Shown piece after piece: positions 55,377-64,000 of a stretch of 64,000 bases of DNA; position 1 is the first letter of the stretch, and each line of letters opens with the position of its first letter. The notes below the pieces were generated by a model. That model was not told the origin of the DNA. It searched no databases and saw only the letters and a program-made list of their open reading frames with translations. The translations under genes were made by a program, and so were the position numbers. Source of the stretch: an uncultured Verrucomicrobiae bacterium (GTDB taxonomy: Bacteria; Verrucomicrobiota; Verrucomicrobiia; Limisphaerales; JAFGQR01). The stretch spans positions 32,001-96,000 of the forward strand of contig CAWBHS010000099.1 of the NCBI GenBank assembly GCA_963788655.1, written 5' to 3'.

Positions 55377-56749
55377 GTGGTGCTTTGGGCGGTCGCCAAT
55401 TCGCGCCGCGTGAAAATGATGATACCGACCACCGCAAAAATGCCGCCCAGGAGCAGGACCACCTGGGCAAAGGCAATTCCCAAGGTGCCCCACGTGATAC
55501 TTCTCCCGGTGCTCAACGCGTCCACCGGCGAAAAAACCCGCACGAGGTTGACGATCCGCAACAACACTTTGAAAAACGGAACCATGATCACGTCCACCCA
55601 ACTGCCCCCGCTGACACCGGTTTCATGGTCGGCACCCACTACGGTGCCTTCCTCGACCACGGTGGAGAGCGTACCCGTGGACAACGACACCACCAACAGA
55701 CTGAGGGAGAAAAACGCGGCTACCGGGAAGGATAACAGACTCGCCGATGCCAGTCCCAGCGCCGCCAACAACGCCATCCAAAAAAGAATGATCATCAGAC
55801 CGCGGGCGAAGTTCAGGGCAAATCCGCCTTCGCGGTAAAGCACTTCGAAACCATCCTCCAACGGGAACAGGAGCGCGGTGGGGTTGCGGTTGATAAAGGA
55901 GACGGTGAGCACCCCATTCTCGTCGAACAAATTGGGCGGAATGGCAAACTCATGAAACGTGTTCGCCGACATGCTTTGCCGGTCCACCACCACCTGGGTT
56001 TTGCCCGGCACGCCGATTTGCCATTCGCCCTGATACAAACCGCTCTCATTGGTCTGGGCGACGTGGAAATTCGCCCGAAGGTAGAGGGGGTCGTTGTGCA
56101 ATGAATTCTTGCGCAGCCCCAGCGGGAGCGTCCACACCCGTTGGAAACCGGGCGGTACAATCTGAAAACCGGCCTTGACCTGTTCGGTCAGTTGTTTGCG
56201 CAACAGGGGATATTGGTCGGGCGGCACCTCGGTTTCCTGGATGCGCTTCTGGAACACAGCGTCCACGTATTTGTCGATGTCCGGCATGGGCTCCTTCAAC
56301 GCGCCCCGCGCCACGAAAATCTCATGGTGCAAAATGGCCTGTTGGTCCGCGGGCAACCGGCTGGCCCGCCATTGCAGGAGCAAATACACGCTGCCGCCGG
56401 TTAGGGCCAACAACGCGGCGTCCAGCAGCACAATGCCGAGCCATTTGCCCAGCCAGATTTGCCAGCGGGCAATGGGTTTCACGGCGATCATTTGCATCTG
56501 GCAGTCTTCGATGTCACGCGCCAGAGTGCCGCAGGACAACCAGAGCGTGGCCAGGCCCAGCAGCATGGTGATGACACTCAAGTTGTAGGTCAGCACCAGT
56601 TGCACAAACCCGCGCGCCGTTTGGTCGCTCTTGAGAATGAGCGGCAGCCCGATCACCGACCCGAGCAACAGCACCGCCAGCACCCAAAACAGCCGAAACC
56701 GGAAGGCGGCTTTCCAGGTGAGCTTGGCGATGGCCCAAATCCGTTGCAT
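55373..56749 (-). CDS. ABC-2 type transporter permease with periplasmic insert
   Basis: IWAIAKLTWKAAFR, KPIARWQIWLGKWLG and terminal IFTRRELA; multiple TM segments. Confidence 0.85.
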   Translation of the reverse strand: MQRIWAIAKLTWKAAFRFRLFWVLAVLLLGSVIGLPLILKSDQTARGFVQLVLTYNLSVITMLLGLATLWLSCGTLARDIEDCQMQMIAVKPIARWQIWLGKWLGIVLLDAALLALTGGSVYLLLQWRASRLPADQQAILHHEIFVARGALKEPMPDIDKYVDAVFQKRIQETEVPPDQYPLLRKQLTEQVKAGFQIVPPGFQRVWTLPLGLRKNSLHNDPLYLRANFHVAQTNESGLYQGEWQIGVPGKTQVVVDRQSMSANTFHEFAIPPNLFDENGVLTVSFINRNPTALLFPLEDGFEVLYREGGFALNFARGLMIILFWMALLAALGLASASLLSFPVAAFFSLSLLVVSLSTGTLSTVVEEGTVVGADHETGVSGGSWVDVIMVPFFKVLLRIVNLVRVFSPVDALSTGRSITWGTLGIAFAQVVLLLGGIFAVVGIIIFTRRELATAQSTT

Positions 56750-56799
56750 GCGATGCTAAGCTGGAACTTGAAGGTTCCGAAACGGTGAGGGTGAGGGAT

Positions 56800-58053
56800 T
56801 CATTTCGGTTTTTGCAGCAGTGAGGACAATTTCTCGTTGGCCTTTTCCAATTCGGCCGGTCGCGGCTTTTCCGTGGGCTTATCGGTGGCGGGCGCTTTGG
56901 ATTCTGGCACGGGCGCGGGCTGGGCTTCCGGTTGGGCCAGCGCGGCCAACTTCGATTGGTCGATGGGAGCGGCGGCCACGGGTTCGGGCGGTTTCGTTTC
57001 CTCGCGAGGCGCCGCCGCGGCTACGGTCAACCGCTCCAGAAAACGATCGGGAGCGGCTTGGGTTTCCGCTTCGCCCCGTAAATATGCCGCCACCCGGCCA
57101 CCGGATGTGGCGCCGGACGTTGCCGTGGCGGACTGCCGCGCTTTTTGGACCACATCCAGGAAGTAACTCTCCAGGTTCTTCGTCGGCGTGTCCACGCGGA
57201 CTTTGTCCGGATCCACATCCTTCCGGAGAATGGCCAGCACCTGTTCCATATCTTCGCGCGGCACCGGCGGCATGGTGATCCGCACGACGTCCGGCCGGGC
57301 CAGCAGTTCCTGCAACGGGCCCTGGGCTTGAATGCGTCCCCCGTAAAGAATCAAGACGCGGTCGCACACGTCTTCAACGTCCGCCAGCAAATGGCTGCTG
57401 AGAATCACGGTCTTGCCGCGTTGGGCCAGCGCGAGGATCAGATCCTTGATCTCCCGGCAGCCAATGGGGTCCAGGCCCGAAGTCGGTTCGTCGAGAATCA
57501 CCAGGTCCGGATCATTGATCAGCGCCTGCGCCAGCCCGATGCGCCGTTGCATGCCTTTGGAAAACTCCCCAATCGTCCGCGTCCGCGTCTGGGTCAAGCC
57601 GACCATCTCGAGCAATTGCTCGGTGCGTTTTTTCCGTTCGCCACTGGGCAAGTGAAACAGATCGCCAAAGAACTCCAGGGTTTCGCGCGAATCGAGGTAG
57701 CGATACAAATACGATTCCTCGGGCAGGTAACCGATGCGTTCCTTGGTGGCCACATGCCGGGGCGAATGGCCGAACACTTCGATGTGTCCCTTGGTGGGAT
57801 ACAAAAGGCCCAACAGCATTTTCACTGTGGTGGATTTTCCGGAGCCGTTGGGACCCAGCAGGCCAAACACTTCGCCGCGCCGCACCTCGAAATCGATGTT
57901 ATCGACCGCGCGGGCCTTGGGCCGGCCCCAGAAATCCTTGAAGATCTTGGTCAAGCCGCGCACAGCCACGACCGCGCTTCCATCCGTGAATTGCGGTTTG
58001 CTGGCGCTGGCTTCCGCGTTGGCTTCAGTAACGGTCATTAGGTCAGTGCTCAT
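56800..58053 (-). CDS. ABC transporter ATP-binding protein with low-complexity C-terminal extension
   Basis: GPNGSGKST, FSKGMQRRIGLAQAL, ILDEPTSGLD and SSH motifs. Confidence 0.93.
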   Translation of the reverse strand: MSTDLMTVTEANAEASASKPQFTDGSAVVAVRGLTKIFKDFWGRPKARAVDNIDFEVRRGEVFGLLGPNGSGKSTTVKMLLGLLYPTKGHIEVFGHSPRHVATKERIGYLPEESYLYRYLDSRETLEFFGDLFHLPSGERKKRTEQLLEMVGLTQTRTRTIGEFSKGMQRRIGLAQALINDPDLVILDEPTSGLDPIGCREIKDLILALAQRGKTVILSSHLLADVEDVCDRVLILYGGRIQAQGPLQELLARPDVVRITMPPVPREDMEQVLAILRKDVDPDKVRVDTPTKNLESYFLDVVQKARQSATATSGATSGGRVAAYLRGEAETQAAPDRFLERLTVAAAAPREETKPPEPVAAAPIDQSKLAALAQPEAQPAPVPESKAPATDKPTEKPRPAELEKANEKLSSLLQKPK

Positions 58054-58205
58054 GGCGTGAGACGGGTGGTGCGGGAAAATATTCCCGTCGAATCAACTTT
58101 TTCGTTCGTTTTGCCATGGCAGTAATCGTGGGACCGAAGCCGGGACCGGCTCGGCCAGTGACGAAACTGCCATTTTGGCCACAACTGCTCAGCGCGCATC
58201 CAGGC

Positions 58206-58234
58206 ATCCTAACAACGGGATTAGCCGAGGGCAA
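58206..58234 (-). promoter_or_regulatory. Putative sigma70 promoter of the ABC operon
   Basis: Minus strand reads TTGCCC-N17-TAGGAT with a TG extended -10. Confidence 0.5.
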
Positions 58235-58398
58235 GGTTGTGCGGTTGAACTGCTGAGCGGTATCAATTCGGCAACAAACCACCAATAACCACGAATGGAA
58301 CCGGACTTCGACACAGTTGCCGACACAGTTTTTGGAAGTGGGCTTCAATCAAGCTCGGCTGGGTAGTGTATGACTCTCCCCGGCATGGCTCCGAACAC

Positions 58399-58515
58399 GT
58401 AGGACGGGCGTCTCGCCCGTCCCGAACGTCTGAGGGCGAACGCTCTCTGCAAGACGTTCGCTGTCCCAGGAGCGATGCGGGTGTATTCGGAACAGCCGGG
58501 ACGGGTGGCCTGCCG
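58399..58515. repeat. GTAG-type REP-like palindrome with degenerate inverted partner
   Basis: GTAGGACGGGCGTCTCGCCCGTCC at 58399 and a partial partner ACAGCCGGGACGGGTGGCCTGCC near 58492. Confidence 0.55.
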
Positions 58516-58517
58516 GT

Positions 58518-59570
58518 TCAGCCTTCGAGCAACTCGCGCTGCCAGTTCATCAACTCTTTGGAGTTCACGTCCCAGTTGTGGGCCAGTTGCACAAGGGTGG
58601 CGCGACTGGCAATAAGACTGGGATCCAGGCCCAGGTCCGTTGCGTGCTGGTTGCGCCGGCGCTCCAGTTCGCGGAGCCGTTTCTTTTCCGCTTCCGTTTG
58701 CCGGCGCCCGCGAGGTTTGTAAATCCGCGGCAATTCCTTGGAAGCCAAGCCGCTGGTAATGGCCTCGGTGACTCCCTGTCGCCGGCGGTTGGTCAGATGG
58801 CGCGGAATGATTTCTTCCACCGGCGAACCATCCGCCGCCGCCGTGGCCAGGCTCACCATGGTTTCCGGCTGCAGAATGAAGTATGGCGGTTTATTGGCAT
58901 GCACGGCCTCCATTTCGCGCCAGCGCCAGATCTCGCGCACGACCGCCAACGCCGCCGGAGCCAGGCGGCTGCTGCCTTTGACGCGCCATTGTTGATCCGG
59001 GTCCACTTCCCGCAACTGGGCGCATTCGTTGATCAACCGGGCACAGCTCTCCCGGTGCCAGTGCAGCCGACCTTGCTCCTTCAACTCCGCGCGGAGAATG
59101 TCGGCCAGCGATTTGAGGTGATGCGTATCGTTCCGGGCATAGGCCTCCATCCGCGGCGTGAGCGGACGACGCGCCCAATTGGCTTTTTGCGGCCCCTTTT
59201 CCAAGGTCACTCCCAAATATTTGGACACCAGGCTGTCCAGGCCGAAATGACGTTGGCCCAGCAACCGGCTGGCAATCATGGTGTCAAAGATGGCCTTGGG
59301 CACAAAGTTGCAGTGCCGCTGCAACAACCGCAGATCGTAATCGGCGCCGTGCAGGATCAATTCGTGCCGGCGCAATTCCTTGAGCACGGGGGTGAGATCC
59401 GCCCCGGCCAGGGGGTCCAAGAGCACATCGTGTTGTTCAAAACTGACCTGGATCAGGCAAAGCTTTTCGGGATAGGCGTGCAAACTGTCCGCCTCGGTGT
59501 CCAGTGCGATCCACTGGGCTTCCCGGAGGCGGGGCACGAAATCGGTCAGTTTCTGTTGCGTATCAATCAC
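58518..59570 (-). CDS. rnd: Ribonuclease D (DEDD exonuclease with HRDC domain)
   Basis: IALDTEADSLHAY, LHGADYDL, FDTMIA, NWARRPL...YARND and WRWREMEA motifs. Confidence 0.9.
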   Translation of the reverse strand: MIDTQQKLTDFVPRLREAQWIALDTEADSLHAYPEKLCLIQVSFEQHDVLLDPLAGADLTPVLKELRRHELILHGADYDLRLLQRHCNFVPKAIFDTMIASRLLGQRHFGLDSLVSKYLGVTLEKGPQKANWARRPLTPRMEAYARNDTHHLKSLADILRAELKEQGRLHWHRESCARLINECAQLREVDPDQQWRVKGSSRLAPAALAVVREIWRWREMEAVHANKPPYFILQPETMVSLATAAADGSPVEEIIPRHLTNRRRQGVTEAITSGLASKELPRIYKPRGRRQTEAEKKRLRELERRRNQHATDLGLDPSLIASRATLVQLAHNWDVNSKELMNWQRELLEG

Positions 59571-59693
59571 GCGGCGGAACTATAGTGAAGGCGAAAACCA
59601 GAAAAAGGCAAAACCAATTTCACCGGCGGTCTATTTAAAACCAGCCTGATGAAAGGAGCTTTCAAAATACGGGCGAGCCGGTATAACCACCCC

Positions 59694-61208
59694 ATGAATC
59701 TCGCAACGGCATTTTGCGTTTCCGCCCGGAAACATGCGCCGAAGCCTGCCATTTTCTGGGGGGAACGGCAGTTTCCCTACGAGTTGCTGTGGCAACAGAC
59801 CGAGCGATTGACCAACCACCTGCGCGCGCACTGCGGCCTGCGGCCGGGGGATCGGGTTGCCCTTTGGCTGAAAAACTGCCCCGAATTCATTCCCGCCCTG
59901 TTTGGCATTTTACACGCCGGCGGAGTCGTCGTGCCGATCAACAATTTCCTCAAACCGGATGAAGTCAGTTTCATTTTGGCGGATGCCGGGATTGATTTGG
60001 TCATTACCGATGCGTCCATGGAGGAGCATTTTGCGAAGCTGACGCAGGCCCGGCCGCAATTGAAATTCTGGACGGTGGAAGAGTTTAATGCCCCCTCGTT
60101 CCAGACCCAGCCGCCGGTCCGTTCCGGTTTTCGCCCTCCGCGCGAATCGGATTTGGCGTTGATCATTTACACCTCGGGCACCACGGGGCATCCCAAGGGC
60201 GCCATGCTTTCCCATGGCAATCTGCTGCACAACGTCGAGAGCTGCCGCCTGGTGCTGTCCGCGATGGATGTGGACCGGTTTGTGGTGGTGTTGCCGATGT
60301 TTCACAGTTTCATGCTTACCGTGGGGGTGTTGCTCCCGTTACTGGTGGGCGGATCCTTGGTGCTGATCAAGTCCCTGCACCCACCGAAAAACATCATCCA
60401 GGAAATCATCCAACACGGCGGCACCATCCTGCCATGCATTCCCCAGTTCTTCCGGACGTTGGCGCACGCGAATTTGCCCTGCCCACTGCCACTGCGATTG
60501 TGCATCAGCGGCGGCGCCCCGTTGCCGGGGGAAATCCTGCGCGAGTTCAACGCCCGGATGCCCATGCCATTGATCGAAGGCTACGGTTTGAGCGAAGCCA
60601 GTCCGGTGGTGAGTTTGAATCCGGTGGCGGGCCCCTGGAAAGCCGGATCCGTCGGCGTGCCGATTCCCGGCGTGGAAATTGGCGTGTGCAACGAAGCCGG
60701 GGAATTCCTGGCGCCGCACCAGACCGGCGAAATCTGCGTCCGCGGCGGCAACGTGATGCGCGGTTATTGGAACCAACCGGAGGCAAGCGCCCAATGCCTC
60801 CGGCATGGCTGGCTGCTGACCGGCGACGTCGGGTATCGCGATGGTGAAGGTTATTATTACATCACGGATCGCAAGAAGGATATGCTGCTGGTGAACGGCC
60901 TCAACGTCTATCCCCGCGAAATCGAGGAAGTGCTCTACCAATTTCCCGGCGTGCGGGAAGCCGCCGTGATTGGTGTTTCGGACGCGCGCAAGGGGGAGCA
61001 CCCGGTGGCCTTTGTGGCGCTCCAGGAGGGCCAAGCCACCGATGCCAAGGCCTTGCTCGCGTTCGCCCGCGAGCGTTTGGCCGATTACAAAGTGCCCCGG
61101 CAAATCAACTTTCTGCCCGCGCTCCCGCGCAACGCCACCGGCAAAGTATTGAAGACCGCTCTCCGGCAACAAGCCGGGCCACCCGTTGGCCAAGCCGAAG
61201 GTCTTTAA
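59694..61208 (+). CDS. fadD: Long-chain-fatty-acid--CoA ligase
   Basis: YTSGTTGHPKG, EGYGLSE, TGDVG, DRKKDM and LPRNATGK motifs. Confidence 0.88.
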   Translation: MNLATAFCVSARKHAPKPAIFWGERQFPYELLWQQTERLTNHLRAHCGLRPGDRVALWLKNCPEFIPALFGILHAGGVVVPINNFLKPDEVSFILADAGIDLVITDASMEEHFAKLTQARPQLKFWTVEEFNAPSFQTQPPVRSGFRPPRESDLALIIYTSGTTGHPKGAMLSHGNLLHNVESCRLVLSAMDVDRFVVVLPMFHSFMLTVGVLLPLLVGGSLVLIKSLHPPKNIIQEIIQHGGTILPCIPQFFRTLAHANLPCPLPLRLCISGGAPLPGEILREFNARMPMPLIEGYGLSEASPVVSLNPVAGPWKAGSVGVPIPGVEIGVCNEAGEFLAPHQTGEICVRGGNVMRGYWNQPEASAQCLRHGWLLTGDVGYRDGEGYYYITDRKKDMLLVNGLNVYPREIEEVLYQFPGVREAAVIGVSDARKGEHPVAFVALQEGQATDAKALLAFARERLADYKVPRQINFLPALPRNATGKVLKTALRQQAGPPVGQAEGL

Positions 61209-61645
61209 CGCCAGTCAGCGCACCGGGTGCAACCCCATGTCGGGCACGGGGAAGCCTTTGATCCTCGAACGCCGTAGGATTCCCGCGCCAACGCGGCCGG
61301 GAATGCGGAAACGATGCGGAAATATCAGCGCTCGACGGAGTCTCACCTTACCCGCCGCCGGCAACACCGTGGTAACGGTTGAGGGTTGAGGGCTGAAGGT
61401 CGTCGGGAGCGGCAAATGACCAATGACCAAGGTCCAGAGAATGACCGATTCCCAAGGACCGGGGCTCCGGCGGGAGGCCCCTTACTTTTGTTTGGAATTT
61501 GAGATTTGGAGATTCTCTGGAGCTTGGTCATTGGTCATTGGACTTTTGCCACCATCAACCATCTCGGTAATGGAGCGCTCTTGTCGGTCCTCGAAATTTC
61601 ATGGGTTGACATTCCGGGGAGAACAACGGAAAACGAGCGCCGATT

Positions 61646-62389
61646 ATGGGACTTTTAAATGATCGGATTGCGGTGGTGACCGGTGCCGGGCGCGGGATTG
61701 GCCAGGCGATTGCCTTGAAATTGGCCGGTGAAGGTGCCGACGTTGTGTGCGTCGATCTGCAGGCGGACTTTGTGAGCGAAACCGTGGGCAAAGTTCAAAA
61801 ACTCGGGCGTAAAGCCTGGGCCGTGGCCGCCAATGTGGCTGACGCCGCCAGTGTGGATGCGGCGGCGGGACAAATACTTAAGGAGCCCGGTCGCGTGGAT
61901 ATCCTGGTGAATAATGCCGGCATCACGCGCGACACCTTGTTGATGCGCATGAGCGAAGCGGACTGGGATGCCGTACTGAACATCAATTTGAAGGGCACCT
62001 TCCTGATGACCAAGGCCTTCGCGCGCGCGTTCCTAAAGCAGAAATCCGGGCGCATCGTGAATATTGCCTCGGTCATTGGCTTGATTGGCAACGCCGGCCA
62101 GTGCAACTACGCGGCCAGCAAAGCCGGGGTCATCGGCTTGACCAAGTCCGTGGCCCGGGAACTGGCCTCGCGCGGCATTACGGCCAACGCCATCGCTCCC
62201 GGTTTCATCGAAACCCGGATGACGGAAGCCCTGAACGAAGAGATGCGAAATGCCTTGCTCAAGCAGATTCCATTGGCCAGTTTGGGGCAACCCGAAGACG
62301 TGGCCAACGCGGTTCTGTTTTTCGCCAGCCCGGCGGCACGTTATGTAACCGGCCAGGTGCTGGCGGTGGATGGCGGGATGGTCATGTGA
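61646..62389 (+). CDS. fabG: 3-oxoacyl-ACP reductase
   Basis: TGAGRGIG, NNAGITRD and NYAASKAG motifs; upstream of acpP. Confidence 0.96.
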   Translation: MGLLNDRIAVVTGAGRGIGQAIALKLAGEGADVVCVDLQADFVSETVGKVQKLGRKAWAVAANVADAASVDAAAGQILKEPGRVDILVNNAGITRDTLLMRMSEADWDAVLNINLKGTFLMTKAFARAFLKQKSGRIVNIASVIGLIGNAGQCNYAASKAGVIGLTKSVARELASRGITANAIAPGFIETRMTEALNEEMRNALLKQIPLASLGQPEDVANAVLFFASPAARYVTGQVLAVDGGMVM

Positions 62390-62408
62390 AAATTACGAAA
62401 ATTCACAC

Positions 62409-62538
62409 TGGACAGGGCGCGGCCCGCTCGCTAGACAAAGCGGCGATTTAAGAATTACAACCGTTAGGCAAGCAAACAATCGAAACCAAATCATTTCGCG
62501 ATTCAGGGCTTGACGCCTGTTGGACCGTGACATAGACA
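62409..62538 (+). promoter_or_regulatory. Two tandem sigma70-like promoters upstream of acpP
   Basis: TGGACA-N17-TAGACA (62409-62437) and TTGACG-N17-TAGACA (62510-62538). Confidence 0.55.
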
Positions 62539-62563
62539 GACCACAAGATAACCGGAGTATACC

Positions 62564-62809
62564 ATGGCAGAAAAATCAGTAGAGCAACGAGTCAGAGAGA
62601 TTATCGTCGAACAAATGGACGTTAATCCCGATCAAGTGACGCTCGACGCCAAGTTTATCGAAGACCTCGGCGCCGATTCCCTGGATGTCGTGGAACTGGT
62701 CATGGCGCTGGAAGAAGAGTTTGACCATGAAATTCCCGACGAAGAAGCCGAGAAACTTCTGAGCGTGGGCGACGTCGTCAAATACATCGAAGACCTTCGG
62801 TCAAAATAG
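62564..62809 (+). CDS. acpP: Acyl carrier protein
   Basis: [20 protein letters not shown]. Confidence 0.98.
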   Translation: MAEKSVEQRVREIIVEQMDVNPDQVTLDAKFIEDLGADSLDVVELVMALEEEFDHEIPDEEAEKLLSVGDVVKYIEDLRSK

Positions 62810-62828
62810 GCCTGTTGTGATCCCTACC

Positions 62829-62878
62829 CGGGGCAGCTCCGGCTGGCGTCAGCCCAGGCTGCCCCGTTTGTTTTCTTT
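62829..62878 (+). terminator. Hairpin plus T tract between acpP and fabF
   Basis: CGGGGCAGC...GCTGCCCCG stem with an inner GGCTG/CAGCC stem, followed by TTTGTTTTCTTT. Confidence 0.65.
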
Positions 62879-64000
62879 ATGCCACGTCATTGGACAGAGC
62901 GACGGGTGGTCGTGACCGGTTTGGGCACTGTCACGCCCCTCGGTAACCATATCAACGACTTGTGGGCCAATCTGCTCGCCGGCCACTCCGGCATCGGGCG
63001 CATCACGCGGTTTGATCCGACAGAGTATGACACCCAAATTGCCGCCGAAGTGAAGGATTTCACTCCGGGCGATTCCTTTCCTTCCCCCAAAGATGCCCGG
63101 CGCGCCGATCGCTACGCACTCTACGCCGTCAATGCCGCTTACCAAGCCCTCCAGGATTCGGGCATGAATCTTGACGCTTTGAATCGGGATGAGATCGGCG
63201 TCTTCGTCGGTTCGGGCATTGGCGGACTGCGCACCACGGAAGAACAACACTTGGTCTTGTTGAATAAAGGACCGGGTCGCATGTCACCGTTCGTCATTCC
63301 CATGCTCATTCTGAACATGGCCTCCGGCCTGATCTCGATGTTCTACAAACTGCGCGGCCCCAACCTCGCCACCTGCACCGCCTGCGCCACCGCCTCCCAC
63401 GCTTTGGGCGAAGCCTGGCGGACCATCGTCATGGGAGACGCCCAAGTCATGCTGGCCGGGGGCAGCGAAGCCACCGTCACCGAATTCGGGATCGGCGGCT
63501 TCTGTGCCATGAAAGCCATGAGCACGCGCAATGACGAACCGGAAAAGGCTTCGCGGCCATTCGACATCGACCGCGATGGCTTCGTCATGGGTGAAGGTGC
63601 TGGCGTGCTCGTCCTTGAGGAACTGGAGCATGCCAAAGCCCGGAGCGCAAAAATCTATTGTGAACTGACCGGCTACGGCAATTCAGCCGACGCCAATCAC
63701 ATGACCGCGCCCGATCCGGAAGGTGATGGCGCCGCGCGCTGCATGCAGATGGCACTGCGCAATGCCCGGCTGAATCCGGAGGACATTCAATACATCAACG
63801 CTCACGGCACCTCGACCCCGCTCGGCGACGTGGCCGAAAGCAGGGCCGTCAAACGGGTCTTCGGACCGCACGCATCCAAGGTGGCGGTCAGTTCCACCAA
63901 GAGTGCCACAGGGCACATGTTGGGCGCCGCCGGGGCAGTTGAAATGGCCATTTGCTGCAAGGTCATTGAAAACCAAGTGGTACCGCCCACGCTGAATCTT
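62879..64000 (+). CDS. fabF: 3-oxoacyl-ACP synthase II, 3'-truncated by the window edge (absent from the ORF track)
   Basis: Translated by hand: MPRHWTERRVVVTGLG, GSGIGG, TACAT, SRPFDIDRDGFVMGEG, YINAHGTST and STKSATGHMLGAAG. Confidence 0.96.
   Translation, partial: MPRHWTERRVVVTGLGTVTPLGNHINDLWANLLAGHSGIGRITRFDPTEYDTQIAAEVKDFTPGDSFPSPKDARRADRYALYAVNAAYQALQDSGMNLDALNRDEIGVFVGSGIGGLRTTEEQHLVLLNKGPGRMSPFVIPMLILNMASGLISMFYKLRGPNLATCTACATASHALGEAWRTIVMGDAQVMLAGGSEATVTEFGIGGFCAMKAMSTRNDEPEKASRPFDIDRDGFVMGEGAGVLVLEELEHAKARSAKIYCELTGYGNSADANHMTAPDPEGDGAARCMQMALRNARLNPEDIQYINAHGTSTPLGDVAESRAVKRVFGPHASKVAVSSTKSATGHMLGAAGAVEMAICCKVIENQVVPPTLNL

Noticed and set aside
1..64000. tRNA, rRNA, transposase, integrase, prophage or anti-phage defence genes
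   Set aside because: None were recognised in the ORF track or the intergenic sequence.

Overview
GC-rich bacterial window, most likely Verrucomicrobiota (inferred from the VPDSG-CTERM tail, the lamin-tail/CotH and LamG giant proteins and the repeat families). About nine frameshifts in otherwise intact genes look like uncorrected long-read indels. In order, it contains: the end of a polysaccharide-type locus; REP-like repeat arrays; a GH29 fucosidase; an M11-like metalloprotease, a sulfatase, a LamG-repeat protein and a LamG/lamin-tail/CotH protein (the three large secreted proteins share a C-terminal domain); a rhamnulokinase remnant; a regulator cluster; pckG; a tandem kinase-like protein; an HPF-sigma fusion; an exbB-exbD-receptor operon; a Pho-box-preceded porin and pstSCAB-phoU; a VPDSG-CTERM gene with a sigma54 site; an ABC exporter module; rnd; fadD; and fabG-acpP-fabF. 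The best candidate for an undescribed system is the TonB-dependent receptor at 38381-41399. It has no cleavable signal peptide or TonB box, and instead begins with a TonB-type inner-membrane anchor (S17-x3-H21) and a ~120-aa Pro-rich spacer fused directly to the plug. It sits behind exbB-exbD with no separate tonB in the operon, so it may be a self-energised, trans-envelope TonB-receptor fusion. Also notable are a kinase-pseudokinase tandem and an adjacent ribosome-hibernation-factor/sigma-factor fusion. All domain calls come from motif recognition by eye; no searches were run.
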